DNA of 64,000 bases from Nitrospirota bacterium (GCA_963703955.1 CAVPGK010000015.1:64001-128000), one strand, 5' to 3'; shown: positions 10,501 through 22,529, counted from the first letter of the stretch. Notes: generated by a model from the sequence alone, not told the origin. Numbers and translations are program-made.

Positions 10501-11273
10501 TGACAACCGAGGCTGTGACAGTTGTGATCCCCGCGCGGTTTGGCTCGTCGCGGTTTCCGGGGAAGCCCTTGGCCCTGTTGAGCGGCAAGCCGCTGATCCA
10601 GCAGGTGTATGAACACGCCGCGCGAGCGCCTGGGGTGGACCATGTGTTGGTCGCAACCGATGACCCTCGCATTCATGACGCCGTCAAAGCATTCGGCGGC
10701 AACGCGATGATGGTCGAAGGGCCGTTTCGAACCGGAACCGATCGGGTTGCGGCAGTCGCTCGGCAACTTCCCGGTCAGGTGTTTCTGAATCTCCAAGGCG
10801 ATGAGGTCATTCTTTATCCAGGTCTCCTAACCGATCTGGTGAATCCTTTCTTGGAAAGCGGAGCCGAGATGGGCACACTGAAGAGGCGATTGGCTTCCGA
10901 GGAAGGCCTGCGCAACCCTGGCGTCGTGAAGGTGGTCACAGACGAAATCGGAAGGGCACTATATTTTTCTCGAGCGCCGATTCCTCACATTCGCGATAAA
11001 GGGCCGGGAACGGCGAGAGATGGCCTGCATTATATGCACCTTGGCATCTATATTTTTACTCGACAGACCTTGCTGCACTTCAGCGAGCTCCCGACCGGGA
11101 CGCTGGAAGGCACGGAGCAGTTGGAGCAGTTACGCGCACTTGAACACGGCATTCCCATTCGAGTCTGGGAAACCTTGCATCCGTCACTTCGCGTTGACAC
11201 ACCAGAAGACCTGAAAGAAGCCGCTGGCGTCCTTGACCGGCAGCGGCAAGATCGTAGTGCGGCGCACCGATAG
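10500..11273 (+). CDS. kdsB: 3-deoxy-manno-octulosonate cytidylyltransferase
   Basis: IPARFGSSRFPGKPL, TGTDR, NLQGDE, ALYFSRAPIP, EQLEQLRALE. Confidence 0.95.
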   Translation: MTTEAVTVVIPARFGSSRFPGKPLALLSGKPLIQQVYEHAARAPGVDHVLVATDDPRIHDAVKAFGGNAMMVEGPFRTGTDRVAAVARQLPGQVFLNLQGDEVILYPGLLTDLVNPFLESGAEMGTLKRRLASEEGLRNPGVVKVVTDEIGRALYFSRAPIPHIRDKGPGTARDGLHYMHLGIYIFTRQTLLHFSELPTGTLEGTEQLEQLRALEHGIPIRVWETLHPSLRVDTPEDLKEAAGVLDRQRQDRSAAHR

Positions 11274-11328
11274 AAGACAACCATGATGCTTGGCTTGACC
11301 TTCAACCTTCACGAGAGGCTCTTGTCCT

Positions 11329-12931
<1,603 letters not shown>

Positions 12932-12932
12932 T

Positions 12933-13057
12933 AGGGATGCTGAAAAGGCTCCCAACTTTGTTCTCGAGTCGAAAAAATCCTCAACGTGCCCCAAAGGGTA
13001 CGCCTGTGGTTTTTTCTTTCTTGCGGCCTCGCTGGTTGGACTTTTTTGAGCATCCCT
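12933..13057. repeat. Dispersed ~120-bp repeat (family A, copy 2, reverse orientation)
   Basis: AGGGATGCTGAAAA ... TTTTGAGCATCCCT inverted ends; the reverse complement aligns with 6702-6817. Confidence 0.85.
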
Positions 13058-13093
13058 CGGTTCTAACCAGCAGTCGTGCGAGAGGAGGCGGTT

Positions 13094-13933
13094 ATGCCTC
13101 ATGAGGTTGATCTGGGTCCTTTCAAGATCGGTGGCCCACACCGACATGTGTTGATCGCTGGTCCCTGCGTCATCGAAAGCGAACAGCTTGTCCTTGAGAC
13201 TGCGCACCAGATCGCCGAGATCGCCCGTGGTATGCGGCTGCCGTATATTTTTAAGTCCTCATACGACAAGGCCAATCGTAGCTCGATCACCTCGTTCCGG
13301 GGGCCCGGTCTTGCTGCGGGGATCGCGGTGCTTCGTAAGGTCAAGGAACAGGTGCATGTTCCAATCCTAACGGACATTCACAGTGCGGACGATGCGGCAG
13401 GGGCCGCAGAAGGAGCAGATATTCTTCAGATTCCGGCATTCCTGTGCCGGCAGACCGATCTGCTCGTGGCGGCCGCCAAGACCGGTAAGATCGTCAATGT
13501 CAAGAAGGGCCAGTTCCTTTCTCCCTGGGAGATGGACAATGTGGTGAAAAAATTGGAAGAGAGCGGAACAACCCGCATCATGCTAACCGAACGCGGGTCT
13601 TCGTTCGGATATAACAATCTCGTCGTGGATATGCGGTCCCTGCCCATTATGCGACAGTTCGGCTATCCCGTGATTTTCGACGCGACGCATAGTGTGCAGT
13701 TACCGGGTGGCGCGGGGACGCGCTCCTCAGGGCAGCGGGAATTTATTACGCCACTGGCCTGTGCCGCCGCGGCCGCGGGCTGTGACGGATTTTTCATGGA
13801 AGTGCATCCACAACCGGATATCGCCCTGTCCGATGGTCCCAATATGGTGCCGCTCTCTCAGTTAAAACCGCTCCTTGAAAAAGTCTTGCGCGTGTGCGAA
13901 GCCGTCGGCAAAGGAGCCGAGTCCGGCCTATGA
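13094..13933 (+). CDS. kdsA: 3-deoxy-8-phosphooctulonate synthase
   Basis: [53 protein letters not shown] before ATG 13094. Confidence 0.97.
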   Translation: MPHEVDLGPFKIGGPHRHVLIAGPCVIESEQLVLETAHQIAEIARGMRLPYIFKSSYDKANRSSITSFRGPGLAAGIAVLRKVKEQVHVPILTDIHSADDAAGAAEGADILQIPAFLCRQTDLLVAAAKTGKIVNVKKGQFLSPWEMDNVVKKLEESGTTRIMLTERGSSFGYNNLVVDMRSLPIMRQFGYPVIFDATHSVQLPGGAGTRSSGQREFITPLACAAAAAGCDGFFMEVHPQPDIALSDGPNMVPLSQLKPLLEKVLRVCEAVGKGAESGL

Positions 13934-14886
13934 GCGTTGAACAGGGCAAGCGGGTTCTGGAAATCGAGGCGCGCGCGATCGGCGGCCTGATAGAACGCCT
14001 GGACCACCGGTTCAGCCAAGCGGTGGATCTGCTTTATGGGTGCGCCGGAAAAGTGGTCGTCTCCGGGATGGGAAAATCCGGACTTATCGGCCAAAAGATC
14101 GCCGCAACACTGGCCAGCACCGGAACGCCGGCATTCTTCCTCCATCCGGCTGAGGGCATCCACGGCGACCTCGGGATGTTGGCTCGCCGAGATGTCTTGA
14201 TCGCGCTTTCGAATAGCGGAGAAACCGACGAGCTGATCAAGCTGCTCCCGTTCGTGAAGCGGATCAATATCCCGGTGATTGCGCTGACGGGTCGCGTCCA
14301 GTCTACGTTGGCAAAGAACAGCGAGGTGGTTCTCGACGTCTCCGTGAACGAAGAAGCGTGTCCGATGGGTCTGGCTCCGACCGCCAGCACGACGGCCGCC
14401 TTGGCCATGGGCGACGCGCTGGCCATTGCGCTGCTTCAAAAACGCGGCTTCAAAGAAGAAGACTTTGCGCAATTTCATCCGGGCGGGACCCTCGGCCGTC
14501 GGTTGTTACTCAAAGTTCGAGATCTCATGCATCAAGGAGACGCCATTCCGCGAGTCCTCAGCCACACATCCGTCCGCGAGGCGATTCTCGAAATGACCAC
14601 CAAAAAGCTCGGGATGACCACCGTCGTGGACACCGCCGGTCGCCTGACGGGTGTGATCACCGACGGGGACCTGCGGCGATTCCTGGAGAAAGGGGTCGAT
14701 CTGGTCCCGGCAAGGGCCGGAGACCTGGCAAGCGGATCCCCCAAGGTCATCGGTCCCGATGATCTGGCGGCCACCGCGGTTCAGATTATGGAACAGTATG
14801 CCATCACGTCGCTGGTGGTTCTTGAGCATGGGCAGTTGGTGGGTGTCATTCATCTCCACGATCTCCTCAGGAGCGGAGTGGTTTGA
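13930..14886 (+). CDS. kdsD: Arabinose-5-phosphate isomerase (KpsF/GutQ, SIS plus CBS domains)
   Basis: [54 protein letters not shown]. Confidence 0.95.
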   Translation: MSVEQGKRVLEIEARAIGGLIERLDHRFSQAVDLLYGCAGKVVVSGMGKSGLIGQKIAATLASTGTPAFFLHPAEGIHGDLGMLARRDVLIALSNSGETDELIKLLPFVKRINIPVIALTGRVQSTLAKNSEVVLDVSVNEEACPMGLAPTASTTAALAMGDALAIALLQKRGFKEEDFAQFHPGGTLGRRLLLKVRDLMHQGDAIPRVLSHTSVREAILEMTTKKLGMTTVVDTAGRLTGVITDGDLRRFLEKGVDLVPARAGDLASGSPKVIGPDDLAATAVQIMEQYAITSLVVLEHGQLVGVIHLHDLLRSGVV

Positions 14887-14913
14887 GTTGAGATTGGCTA
14901 GGAACGCCTGGAA

Positions 14914-15528
14914 ATGCGATTGAGTGAAGTAAAACAATCAAGCTCTTTATTGGCAAAGTTGGAAGCGCAGGACGCCAACGTCAATCTTCCCAACCTGCTC
15001 ACGCTGGCGCGCATCCTGCTCATTCCGATCTTCGTGCTGCTGTTTGCGACTCCCACGCCAAATCGATCCATTGCCGCCGCTGTAGTCTTTGTCGTTGCGG
15101 CGGTGACCGACCTGCTGGACGGCTATCTGGCGCGGCGGCGCTCCCAGATTACGACACTCGGCCGGCTGCTGGACCCCATTGCGGATAAGCTGCTCGTGTT
15201 ATCGGGGCTGATTCTGCTGGTGCAGTTTCAGCGTGTGGGAGCTGTGGTCGCAATTCTCATCATCGCCCGGGAGGTAGCTGTGACTGGTATCCGCGGGATT
15301 GCAGCGTCCGTGGGAATCGTCCTGTCCGCCGAAACAACGGGCAAGTACAAAATGACCCTTCAGGTCATTGCGATTGTGGCCCTCATCCTCGAAGACAGTG
15401 TTCCGCTTCCGTGGAATCTTCACCTGGTCGGCACCGCCTGCCTGTATGTAGCATTGGTATTAGGACTCATGTCCGGCGGGGGATATCTGTTTCAGTTCTC
15501 AAAGCAAGTCGCAGACAAAGGTCTCTAG
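14914..15528 (+). CDS. pgsA: CDP-diacylglycerol--glycerol-3-phosphate 3-phosphatidyltransferase
   Basis: NLPNLLTLAR and TDLLDGYLARR...LGRLLDPIADK (CDP-alcohol phosphotransferase motif). Confidence 0.93.
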   Translation: MRLSEVKQSSSLLAKLEAQDANVNLPNLLTLARILLIPIFVLLFATPTPNRSIAAAVVFVVAAVTDLLDGYLARRRSQITTLGRLLDPIADKLLVLSGLILLVQFQRVGAVVAILIIAREVAVTGIRGIAASVGIVLSAETTGKYKMTLQVIAIVALILEDSVPLPWNLHLVGTACLYVALVLGLMSGGGYLFQFSKQVADKGL

Positions 15529-15558
15529 GCTTCCCTACTGTTTGCCCACAGTTCTTTC

Positions 15559-16173
15559 ATGGATATGAATGACTGGCTTCCGATGGCTTTGGTGGTCGGC
15601 GGCTATGTGCTTGGCTCGATCCCATTTGGGATCGTGGTTACGCGATCCCTCGGCCGTGTGGATCCCAGAACAGAGGGCAGTCGTAATATCGGTTTTACCA
15701 ATGTCCTGCGTGTCTCGGGCAAGAAAGCCGGTTTGTTGACGCTGGCTGGAGACGTCAGCAAAGGCTGGTTCGTTGCCTGGGCTGCGAGTCACATGATCGA
15801 CCGTGAGGCTTGGGTACTGACGATCGCCGCCAGCCCGATCATTGGGCATCTGTACCCAATTTTTTTGAACTTCCGAGGTGGAAAGGGAGTCGCAACCGCC
15901 TTAGGTGCCGTCACCGGCGTGGCCCCGGTGATCGGCGTCACGATGTCCGCCGTATGGATTGTGACGGCGGCAATCTGGCGATACTCGTCAGCCGCCGCCG
16001 TGGCGGCGTTTCTTGCGTTTCCTGTGATTGCGGCAGGACTGGGACTCGGGTGGGCGTTTCAGATCTTTTCGCTGGCGGTGGCTGGCGTGATTCTGTACCG
16101 GCACAAGGACAATGCAGTCCGGTTGTGGAACGGGACTGAACCCAAAATCGGGCAGAGGCCTCTCGCGACGTAG
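15559..16173 (+). CDS. plsY: Glycerol-3-phosphate acyltransferase PlsY
   Basis: YVLGSIPFG, GSRNIGFTNVLR, GHLYPIF..FRGGKGVAT, RHKDNAVRL. Confidence 0.95.
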   Translation: MDMNDWLPMALVVGGYVLGSIPFGIVVTRSLGRVDPRTEGSRNIGFTNVLRVSGKKAGLLTLAGDVSKGWFVAWAASHMIDREAWVLTIAASPIIGHLYPIFLNFRGGKGVATALGAVTGVAPVIGVTMSAVWIVTAAIWRYSSAAAVAAFLAFPVIAAGLGLGWAFQIFSLAVAGVILYRHKDNAVRLWNGTEPKIGQRPLAT

Positions 16174-16174
16174 G

Positions 16175-16720
16175 TCATGGATACGCAGCGGAAGCTTGGC
16201 AATCGTTCTCTGTTCGCTCATAGAATCGCCCGGCGATCCCTGTATAGGAAAGAGTCTTTTTTTCCAAACACGTCGAATAGTTTGACCAGATTCCGTATGA
16301 GAGGCGCTTGGTGTGCATGGTGAGATCGACAAGAATCCCAGACCTCATGGCCTCCCGTGTTACAGCAATTCGTCTTAGTGCCTGCTCCTTTGAAATCAAT
16401 AGACTTTCTGTCAAAGTTCGACCTTCAGATTGACTTTGATGCGACAGGGAGGCTCCAAGAATTGGATGGTTTCTCTGAATCCTCGCAGCATCCAGCTGGT
16501 GGGGGTTGTACCGCACGGCTACGAACTCAGAGGTCAACCTGGTGGCTTCTTGCTCAATCGCCCGTCGGTCTGCAGCGGCGAACCGTTCGGCTTCCCGTTC
16601 GGCGGCCGAGACGAGAACGGATTGTTGATAATCAGTCAGGGTGGGATTAAGGAACGTGAGGCTGACGTAAGAAAGCGCGGTGATACTACAAGAAACGAGA
16701 CCGAATACCTTAAGAGTCAT
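16175..16720 (-). CDS. Hypothetical membrane-anchored protein, DUF4359-like ends
   Basis: N-terminal hydrophobic helix followed by NPTLTDY; C-terminal TKRLSYGIWSNY...YTGIAGRF resembles DUF4359 from memory (unverified). Confidence 0.6.
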   Translation of the reverse strand: MTLKVFGLVSCSITALSYVSLTFLNPTLTDYQQSVLVSAAEREAERFAAADRRAIEQEATRLTSEFVAVRYNPHQLDAARIQRNHPILGASLSHQSQSEGRTLTESLLISKEQALRRIAVTREAMRSGILVDLTMHTKRLSYGIWSNYSTCLEKKTLSYTGIAGRFYERTENDCQASAAYP

Positions 16721-16929
16721 ATTAGTAAATGAATTTAATGTCTTATGGTGAGATGTCTGTATAGTCTTAACTACAAGTATAGGAGGAGGTAAGAAAGCGT
16801 CAAGGTGGAGGTGAGGAGACGAATTTTATGGAAGGCAGGCATAAGAGGTTGATTTTGGCCGATGGTTAGGCTAGAAAACAGTTTTGGCTGGTTGTGTGTT
16901 AGTTTACATAATTGATCTTATCCGACGTA

Positions 16930-17559
16930 ATGACAGACCTCCTGCAACGCATCGCCAAAGAGGCCAAGATCACGCTGGAGACTTTTCGCGAGTCCGTGAT
17001 CGCCATTGCCGAACGCGTCAATCGAAAAGTTCAGATTCTTACCCTTCATTCACAGGCATCTTCGGTTCACGAACAGATTGACATCGCCTATCACGACCTC
17101 GGCGACCGCCTGTGCGAATTCCTGACTCAATCACATGATTCTGCAACTCACCGGGGTATGGTTGCCGGAACCGGTGCCGAGATGGTACTGTTGGAATTCA
17201 TTGGGAAGATTCACCCGCTGAAGCAGGAATTGGTGGGAATCGAAACATTGGTCCGAGAACTTGAGATCGATACATTGCGGGAGGATCTTGTCGCCCTTCA
17301 GCATGACCTGTCCACTCGGTCAGCCTTGATCCGGCGCGTGGTTGTTGAACCAGAGGCCGTCGCGAATGGCAGGACTGTCGCCCAACTTGGACTTCCGCCG
17401 ACCGTTCGGGTGGCCGCGATCCTGCGCGGCCCTATGCTGATTTCTTCCGTTGAACTGGTCGATCTTCGGCCAGGCGACATTGTCGTGCTCGTCGGGTCAC
17501 GCGCAGATCTTCAGGATAGCCTGCCGTTGTTCAGCCATGCGGCTCGGGTTTTCCACTAG
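16930..17559 (+). CDS. Coiled-coil protein with C-terminal TrkA-C (RCK_C) domain
   Basis: C-terminal GRTVAQLGLPPTVRVAAILRG...LRPGDIVVLVG is RCK_C-like; helical N-terminus. Confidence 0.75.
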   Translation: MTDLLQRIAKEAKITLETFRESVIAIAERVNRKVQILTLHSQASSVHEQIDIAYHDLGDRLCEFLTQSHDSATHRGMVAGTGAEMVLLEFIGKIHPLKQELVGIETLVRELEIDTLREDLVALQHDLSTRSALIRRVVVEPEAVANGRTVAQLGLPPTVRVAAILRGPMLISSVELVDLRPGDIVVLVGSRADLQDSLPLFSHAARVFH

Positions 17560-17592
17560 ATTTCTTTTCCGGCGTCTTCTTTCAGGAGTGTC

Positions 17593-18984
17593 ATGACCGC
17601 ACGATCGAGAGCAGTTGGCATTGTGGCAGGCACTCTCTGGCTCTGTTGCTCCCTCCTGGTCCCTCCGGGAGTGGCTACCCGCGTAGCCGTGGCCGACACC
17701 GGCGGTATGCGTCTTCTTGAAGAGCTTCAGACCGTGCTCACGGATCTCGCCGAACGGGTCAAACCTTGCGTCGTGAACGTGTTGCCGATTCCATCCACCG
17801 GTCGCTCGAGGGACAATCCGCGTGAACGCCTTCCGAACTCACCCGGCACGGGGTCCGGCGTGATTGTCGATGCCCAGGGGTACATCATCACCAACAATCA
17901 CGTGGTCGGCGATGCCACCGAGGTCGAGGTGCGACTCTCCGATAGGACCAAATTTATAGCCCAGGTGATCGGAAAGGATCCCGACACCGATCTGGCCGTG
18001 TTGAAAGTGGTCACTGATCGGGCGCTGCCCCGCGCACAATTCGGAGATTCGGGAACGGTGAAAGTCGGTCAGTGGGTCCTCGCAGTGGGAAATCCGTTCG
18101 GTCTTGACCGTACGGTGACCTTGGGAGTAGTGAGCGGTATCGGTCGAGATAACATGAATCTGTCGCGATACGAGAACTTCATCCAAACAGACGCATCCAT
18201 CAATCCCGGAAACTCAGGGGGGCCGCTCTTTAACATGCATGGTGAGATCATCGGGATCAATACCGCGATCATCAATTTTGCGCAGGGAATCGGGTTTGCC
18301 ATCCCTTCCAACATGGCGAAGCAGGTCATGCAGCAGCTCTTGACACGAGGCAAGGTGGTCCGGGCATGGCTGGGGGTCGGAATTCAGCCGGTGACGGCCG
18401 ATCTGGCCACCAAGTTCGGCGTAACCGAGAATGAGGGGGTCCTGGTCAACGAGGTATTCGAGAACGACCCAGCTTTCAGAGGCGGGATCAAACCCGGCGA
18501 TATCATCACGAAGGTCGAGGGAAAAACAGTCGATACCCCCAATATGCTCTCTCGTCTGATCGCCAGCCTGGAACCAGGCATGGCCGCGAGTATTGAGGTC
18601 GTCAGAGACGGCAAACGTCAACTGCTGTCGATTCCGTTGAGCGAGCGGCGTGAGACCACCACAACCCTCGCCTCTGTTCCATCATCCCGGTCGGAGGTGA
18701 AGCTGGGAATTGATGTGCAAGACATCAGTCCGGAACTTGCCGAAAAATTCAAATTGAAGGAGGCAAAGGGCGTGCTCATCTCGAAAGTTGACCAAGGCAG
18801 CATCGCCCACGTTGAGGGACTCCGCGAAGGGGACTTGATTAGAGAGGTCAACCGGACAGACGTCACCTCCGTGGGTGAATTTACCAACGCGGTGGCGAAG
18901 GTCAAACGTGGCGAGACCATCTTGCTTCGCGTGCAGCGTGAAAACCGGGCTTTTTATGTCGTATTAAAGCAACAAAGCAAGTAA
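17593..18984 (+). CDS. degP: DegP/HtrA (Do family) periplasmic serine protease with two PDZ domains
   Basis: Signal peptide; TNNHVV, DLAV and IQTDASINPGNSGGPL triad motifs; two PDZ repeats. Confidence 0.94.
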   Translation: MTARSRAVGIVAGTLWLCCSLLVPPGVATRVAVADTGGMRLLEELQTVLTDLAERVKPCVVNVLPIPSTGRSRDNPRERLPNSPGTGSGVIVDAQGYIITNNHVVGDATEVEVRLSDRTKFIAQVIGKDPDTDLAVLKVVTDRALPRAQFGDSGTVKVGQWVLAVGNPFGLDRTVTLGVVSGIGRDNMNLSRYENFIQTDASINPGNSGGPLFNMHGEIIGINTAIINFAQGIGFAIPSNMAKQVMQQLLTRGKVVRAWLGVGIQPVTADLATKFGVTENEGVLVNEVFENDPAFRGGIKPGDIITKVEGKTVDTPNMLSRLIASLEPGMAASIEVVRDGKRQLLSIPLSERRETTTTLASVPSSRSEVKLGIDVQDISPELAEKFKLKEAKGVLISKVDQGSIAHVEGLREGDLIREVNRTDVTSVGEFTNAVAKVKRGETILLRVQRENRAFYVVLKQQSK

Positions 18985-18992
18985 CTGCAACG

Positions 18993-21092
18993 CTATTGTG
19001 CTACCGCCTGCTTGGCGGCTTTCTGTTCCTCGATCACGCGCGCAGCTTGGTCCCGCGGCATCTCTTCGTAGGATGCAAACTCCATCATGTAACTCCCCCG
19101 CCCGCCCGTGATCGAATTGAGGGACAACGCGTACTTCAACATTTCGGCCAGAGGCGCGGTGGCCTTGATCACCTCCGTGCTCCCCTTCGCAGTGACCCCG
19201 AGGATACGGCCTCGCCTCGAGTTCAGATCACCAATGACGGCTCCGACGTACTCGTCGGGCGTTACGACTTCTACATTCATCATCGGCTCTAGGAGGACGG
19301 GATGCGCGGTCTCCAACGCCTTCTTGAATCCCATCGAAGCCGCGATCTTGAAAGACATCTCCGATGAATCCACCGTGTGATAGGAGCCGTCATACACCGT
19401 GACCCGGATATCCACGACGGGGAATCCGGCGAGGATTCCCTCATGTAAAGCGTCCAGGACCCCTTTCTCGACGGCCGGAATGAAATTGCGCGGGATCGCA
19501 CCGCCGACGATTTGGTTGACGAATTCAAACCCCTTCCCCCTCTGTAGCGGATCAAGCTGCAGCCAGCAGTCACCGAATTGTCCGTGCCCCCCAGTCTGTT
19601 TCTTATATTTGCCTTGAGCCTGCGACATTTTCCGGATGGTTTCCTTATACGGCACCTTCGGGGTGTGCACGGTGACTTCAGCCCCATACTTGCGGCGCAG
19701 CTTCTCAAACGTGACGTCTATGTGGAGTTGCCCGGTTCCACTCAAAATCATTTCTTTAGTTTCCTGATTTCGGACGAATTCCAGCGCCGGATCTTCCTCC
19801 ACCAGCTTATGGAGGCCCAGGCTGACCTTTTCAATGTCTGCCTTCGATTTGGGCTCTAACGCAAAGGACATGACCGGTCGAGTTAATTGAAGGCCAGGAT
19901 AGAGAATGGGGGATTGTTCGTCACAAATCGTGTCTCCGGTCTGCGTGTCTTTCAACTTTCCGATTGCCACAATGTCACCCGCCACGGCCGACGCGACCGG
20001 TGTGTATTTCTTACCGAGAATAGAAAAGAGATGTCCTCCGCGTTCCTTCACCTTTCTGGTCGAATTGTAGAATGGAGCATCCGCCTCCAGTCTGCCGGAC
20101 AGAACCCGCACGTAGCTGAGCCGGCCCATGAAGGGATCGATGATGGTCTTGAAGACGTATCCTGACAAAGGTTCCGATGGGCTGGCTTGGCGAATCACCG
20201 GTAAGCCTTCGTGAGGATGGGTGCCTGCCAGCTGGCAGCGCGCGGCTTGTTCGACCGGCGACGGCAGGTACTGCGCGATCGCGTCCAAGAGGACTGAGAC
20301 GCCGATATTCCGAGTCGCAGACCCGCAAAAGACTGGGACAATTTTCTGTGAACGGGTTCCTTTTCTCAGGCCTTCGAGGATCTCCGAGGCTCCCAAATCT
20401 CCGTCAGCCAGGTATTTCTCGAGCAATTGATCATCCGTTTCAGCGACGCCTTCGACCAGCTTCCGTCGAGCCTCGGCGACGGTGGCCTCTATGGTCAAGG
20501 GAATCTCGCCTTGCTGGATCTTATAGGTCTCCCTGTCGGTTCGATACGAGACCCCTCGGATCACCTCCACGACACCTTCAAGTTGCGAGGCCGACCCGAT
20601 CGGAACCACCACCGGAAGGCCCTTTATCTCAAGTGTCTTTTCACATTCTTCGAGTACCGATGCAACTGCCGCCCGTTCCTTATCCAATTCGTTGATAAAG
20701 AGGACGCACGGCAATTTCAGGTCCGTAATGGTAGTCCAAATATTCTCAAGTTCCGTTCTCATCCCCGATGAGGCTGAGACCACGATCAAGACGCCATCGG
20801 CCGCCCGAAGTGCCGTTTTCGCCTCACCAAGGAAACTGAGCGCACCAGGAGCATCAATCAGATTGAACGTTATCTCCTTCCACGAAAAGTGCGAGACGGT
20901 TGCGTTCACAGAAACCTTTCGGTGAATTTCTTCGGGCTCATAGTCCGAAACCGTATTGCCGGTGTTCACCGACCCCATAGAGGGTATCGCGCCCCCCGAA
21001 AATAAGAGCGCTTCAACAAGCGAAGTTTTTCCGGCACCGGTGTATGAAACGAAAGCAATATTCCGAATGGTCTCGGTTCGGGACTCTTTCAT
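18993..21092 (-). CDS. fusA: Elongation factor G paralog (EF-G2-like), outside the str operon
   Basis: Full EF-G architecture (GAGKTSL, KKQTGGHGQFGD, DGSYHTVDSSEMSFKIA, LLEPMM, GDLNSRRGRI) with divergent G-domain motifs. Confidence 0.9.
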   Translation of the reverse strand: MKESRTETIRNIAFVSYTGAGKTSLVEALLFSGGAIPSMGSVNTGNTVSDYEPEEIHRKVSVNATVSHFSWKEITFNLIDAPGALSFLGEAKTALRAADGVLIVVSASSGMRTELENIWTTITDLKLPCVLFINELDKERAAVASVLEECEKTLEIKGLPVVVPIGSASQLEGVVEVIRGVSYRTDRETYKIQQGEIPLTIEATVAEARRKLVEGVAETDDQLLEKYLADGDLGASEILEGLRKGTRSQKIVPVFCGSATRNIGVSVLLDAIAQYLPSPVEQAARCQLAGTHPHEGLPVIRQASPSEPLSGYVFKTIIDPFMGRLSYVRVLSGRLEADAPFYNSTRKVKERGGHLFSILGKKYTPVASAVAGDIVAIGKLKDTQTGDTICDEQSPILYPGLQLTRPVMSFALEPKSKADIEKVSLGLHKLVEEDPALEFVRNQETKEMILSGTGQLHIDVTFEKLRRKYGAEVTVHTPKVPYKETIRKMSQAQGKYKKQTGGHGQFGDCWLQLDPLQRGKGFEFVNQIVGGAIPRNFIPAVEKGVLDALHEGILAGFPVVDIRVTVYDGSYHTVDSSEMSFKIAASMGFKKALETAHPVLLEPMMNVEVVTPDEYVGAVIGDLNSRRGRILGVTAKGSTEVIKATAPLAEMLKYALSLNSITGGRGSYMMEFASYEEMPRDQAARVIEEQKAAKQAVAQ

Positions 21093-21133
21093 AGACCCTC
21101 CCTTATCATCAGGACAGCATGAACGGGTCGCTT

Positions 21134-21162
21134 ATCGTAGGCTTGAGGCGAGACACTGTCAA
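21134..21162 (-). promoter_or_regulatory. sigma70 promoter of the EF-G paralog
   Basis: Minus strand TTGACA, 17-nt spacer, TACGAT, followed by an AGGGAGG RBS and the ATG. Confidence 0.7.
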
Positions 21163-21286
21163 CGACCTCAACAAACCGCCGACACCCAACCGCTGGTCAT
21201 GAGCCTTGAGGCGGATGCCACAGAAGATCAGAACACGCCATCTCTTCAGACCAGTTCAAGGGAAGGACGCCCCGCTTTTCCTCAAC

Positions 21287-22042
21287 TCAGGAAGCGATCC
21301 ATCCGCTGTCGGCAAAACTCACATAACGACCATCGCCGATGATCAGATGGTCCAGGACTCTAATCCCAAGCACGTCCCCCGCGGCAACAAGGCGTGCCGT
21401 CAGCTCACGGTCCTCTAGGCTGGGCTGAGGGTCGCCGCTCGGGTGGTTGTGGAGAAAAATCACCGCGGCCGCAGACTCGCGCACGGCCAGATTAAAGACC
21501 TCACGCGGGTGGACGATACTGAGTGTGAGACTCCCTTCGGACACGGTGGCTTCTCGAATGATCCTGTGCTTTGCGTCCAACAAGATGGTTTTAAAGACCT
21601 CATGCCGCAAGTCGCGCAGACGGGGAAAATAGTGCTTAAACAGATCTGCGCTCGATCCGATCTGCGTATCTGTGGACAAAGGTGCCGCGAGGACGCGCTT
21701 TCCAAGTTCGATGGCGGCCTTGAGTTGGGCCACCTTTGCGGGTCCCACCCCGGCCACCCGGCAGAGTTCATCTAATCCCCGATTCGCCAGCCCTGGGAGA
21801 CCGTGGACGTGCTTAAGAAGCTCCATGGCCACCTGAACGGCCGAGGAATCCGGACGTCCAACACGAAGGACGATAGCCAAGAGCTGGGCATCCGATAAGA
21901 CTTCAGGACCTTCCTGGAGAAGCCGCTCTCGCGGACGCTCGCTAAGAGGCCACCCACTGATCCCGGCTTCACGTCGCTTTCTTCGCACAGCGTCCTGACT
22001 GCGCCCTGAATTGACAAGAGGTGACAATTTTTGGAGTCCCAA
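21287..22042 (-). CDS. radC: RadC (JAB/MPN domain) protein
   Basis: ERPRERL, LSDAQLLAI, GVGPAK, VHPREVF, HNHPSGD, LDHLII. True start probably downstream of 22042. Confidence 0.93.
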   Translation of the reverse strand: MGLQKLSPLVNSGRSQDAVRRKRREAGISGWPLSERPRERLLQEGPEVLSDAQLLAIVLRVGRPDSSAVQVAMELLKHVHGLPGLANRGLDELCRVAGVGPAKVAQLKAAIELGKRVLAAPLSTDTQIGSSADLFKHYFPRLRDLRHEVFKTILLDAKHRIIREATVSEGSLTLSIVHPREVFNLAVRESAAAVIFLHNHPSGDPQPSLEDRELTARLVAAGDVLGIRVLDHLIIGDGRYVSFADSGWIAS

Positions 22043-22079
22043 TTCAGACGCTCACATCAAATTTCGTCGTTTATTCTCA

Positions 22080-22126
22080 TAAGCGATTGATATTTAAGAG
22101 TGACAAAAATCGGCCCGAGAATTGCT
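22080..22126 (+). promoter_or_regulatory. Candidate sigma54 promoter with adjacent IHF site
   Basis: CGGCCCGAGAATTGCT (22111-22126) fits GG-N10-GC. The reverse complement of 22080-22092 is TATCAATCGCTTA, matching WATCAANNNNTTR. Confidence 0.6.
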
Positions 22127-22169
22127 TCATCACGCCTCCATTGCAACGGTTCGAAACCAGGAGTCGATC

Positions 22170-22343
22170 ATGACATGTCGTCGATGCCAGGGGATGATGA
22201 CGTTGGAGCGGTTCTCAGATTTTTTCCTGGTCTTTTATGCTTGGAAATGCATCAACTGTGGTGCGATTATCGATCAGACGATCTCCAGTAATCAGCAGAG
22301 AAGCCTGGCTGAAGCTGAAGCTCAGACGGTGTCTGCACACTGA
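22170..22343 (+). CDS. Small zinc-ribbon-like protein (57 aa)
   Basis: MTCRRCQGMM...WKCINCG (two CxxC); AGGAG RBS upstream. Confidence 0.75.
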   Translation: MTCRRCQGMMTLERFSDFFLVFYAWKCINCGAIIDQTISSNQQRSLAEAEAQTVSAH

Positions 22344-22529
22344 TCTGACACACCACAGTCGCGTCTCACCCCGTCTTCTTCGAACCCTCCACTCTCGAGG
22401 TATCTATTGCATCTCCATCTGAGGTCAGATGGAAAGATGGCAGTATACCGAAGCGCATGAACCTCCGTCAAAGCGCGGTCGGTGGTATCTTGACCGTGTG
22501 AAAAATCGCGTGTTACAGTCCGTTATCTC

